From: an uncultured Gemmatimonadales bacterium
Lineage (GTDB): Bacteria > Gemmatimonadota > Gemmatimonadetes > Longimicrobiales > RSA9
Assembly (NCBI GenBank): GCA_963741945.1
Contig: CAVUKA010000003.1
Span: 512,001-576,000 of the forward strand
Direction: 5' to 3'
Length of the DNA stretch: 64,000 nucleotides
Both the position numbers and the translations under genes were made by a program. Of the stretch, positions 63,801 through 64,000 are shown piece after piece. Under the pieces are notes generated by a model that was not told the origin of the DNA, searched no databases, and saw nothing but the letters and a program-made list of their open reading frames with translations. Each line of letters begins with the position of its first letter. Within the stretch, counting starts at the first letter, position 1.

Positions 63801-63933
63801 TGCGCGGGAAGTTGAGCTCCGGGTAAATGGACGAGGGGAGGCGGAACATGGCCGCCACGCCCGCGGCGGTGAGCAGCGCCACGACCAGGTAGATGAACCG
63901 CCGCTGGGCGAGGAGGGTGTCGAAGGCTTTCAT
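60823..63933 (-). CDS. RND efflux permease (CusA/CzcA-like)
   Basis: 1036 aa; FNLMSLGGMAIAIGLVIDDAVVVTEN, GLIVKNGIIL, RLRPIVMTT, QRPLALAVIGGL. Confidence 0.95.
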   Translation of the reverse strand: MKAFDTLLAQRRFIYLVVALLTAAGVAAMFRLPSSIYPELNFPRITVVAKGTALGTRQQMFSVTRPIEQAVSVVPGAQRVRSRTIRGGSEISVYFAPGTDMVVALQLTESRIGQVQAELPAGVEVETERMLPSLFPIITYNVLGGDDAGALYDIARYRIRPALAGIPGVGRVEVQGSDVREYEVVADPGKLAGAGLSYAALADAIDAALGVHPVGRADQDYLQYLVLMDREAHDAADIGAVVLPGGLRVRDVADVRLGTAERVSLIRGDGQPAALINISRQAGGSTLEVADSVAATMRALAPSLPTGVRVEVVYDQASLVREAVGSVRDAMLIGALLAVVVLLAFLRDARITAISALAIPLTMAITVFGMKLMGRTFNLMSLGGMAIAIGLVIDDAVVVTENIARHLALQPERRVAIRDAVAELVWPVTTSTLTTVVVFLPLVLLQGVVGQFFAALSFTLAMAVMVSLALALTLVPLLAEQLVRAEDVEEAFEGEGPEQATPGEAGFFHRASRRLGHGVQRLTDAYARALDRVLRHRRALIALAVLLVVAGWGAQRFVGTGFLPIMDEGAFVFDYLTPTGTALAETDRQLHVVERIMMATPEIVATSRRTGAEMGMFATEQNSGDIVARLKPESHRSRSIFAVMEEVRAKAERAVPRMDIEFVQVLTDLINDLAGSPNPLEIKLFGDRLAALQAYARELAPKLEPVAGLVDLYDGVPDPAPELLMRVSPAAAERIGLTPEAVAQQAAAALLGVGAGQVRTDERTVDIRVRAPDAFRYDPAALGRLPIYGAGGRATPLSALATLSDTASPASLERENQRQMIAVTAGVEGRALGKVMADVRRVIAANPPPAGVRLELGGQYQGQQEAFHSLILVLLLAGLSVMAVMLIQFQSFVEPLVIILAAPLSFVGAVTLLLVTGTELNVSSFMGMILLVGLIVKNGIILLDFTRHRMRLLGEPLGVAIREAARVRLRPIVMTTLCTLFGLLPLALGLGAGAELQRPLALAVIGGLALSTPITLFLVPTFVVAIRGESWRADAE

Positions 63934-64000
63934 GCGCCGGCGCTTCCGTCGCCCGCGGGGCCGCCGCCGTTCCCGGGCGGCCGGATGCGCGCGCCATCCG
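63930..64000 (-). CDS. 3' end of the upstream gene, probably the RND periplasmic adaptor (partial)
   Basis: Reads DGARIRPPGNGGGPAGDGSAGA*, with the TGA overlapping the RND ATG. DGARIR resembles adaptor C-termini. Confidence 0.5.
   Translation of the reverse strand, partial: DGARIRPPGNGGGPAGDGSAGA

Overview
This is a very GC-rich bacterial chromosomal window. The gene mix suggests Gemmatimonadota, which is an inference and was not tested. It holds about 55 genes and no rRNA, tRNA, CRISPR array, prophage or transposase. Left to right: an imuA-imuB-(inserted gene)-dnaE2 mutagenesis cassette; MBL hydrolase, nitrilase and M49-like peptidase; a mutS-tonB-cbs-ddl-rhomboid block followed by an EF-G paralogue; two histidine kinases, sucA and an orphan FliA/WhiG-type sigma factor; a UDG-like protein; an ECF sigma/anti-sigma/TonB operon; trpS, queD, HNH, priA, an orphan gvpL/F, HDAC and carB; two paralogous cytochrome c lipoproteins; a glucokinase-tkt-GH15-gnd-zwf-pgl operon; and an RND permease. 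Five observations stand out. (1) A direct-repeat motif CCGAA-N6-CCGAAAG occurs three times over the predicted imuA and dnaE2 promoters and is a candidate SOS/LexA operator. (2) A ~270 bp palindromic intergenic element has a decayed copy inserted in-frame inside carB, in a genome rich in 8-9 nt-unit repeat arrays. (3) imuB is frameshifted inside a 9-bp tandem repeat. (4) Several sigma54-type promoters are present, including one with enhancer and IHF-like sites upstream of the sigma28-like gene. (5) There are atypical proteins: a His-less Rieske domain, an EF-G with SMMD in place of NKxD, an orphan GvpL/F and an orphan MetS-like microprotein. Three apparent frameshifts (imuB, GH15, cytochrome c) may be sequencing errors.
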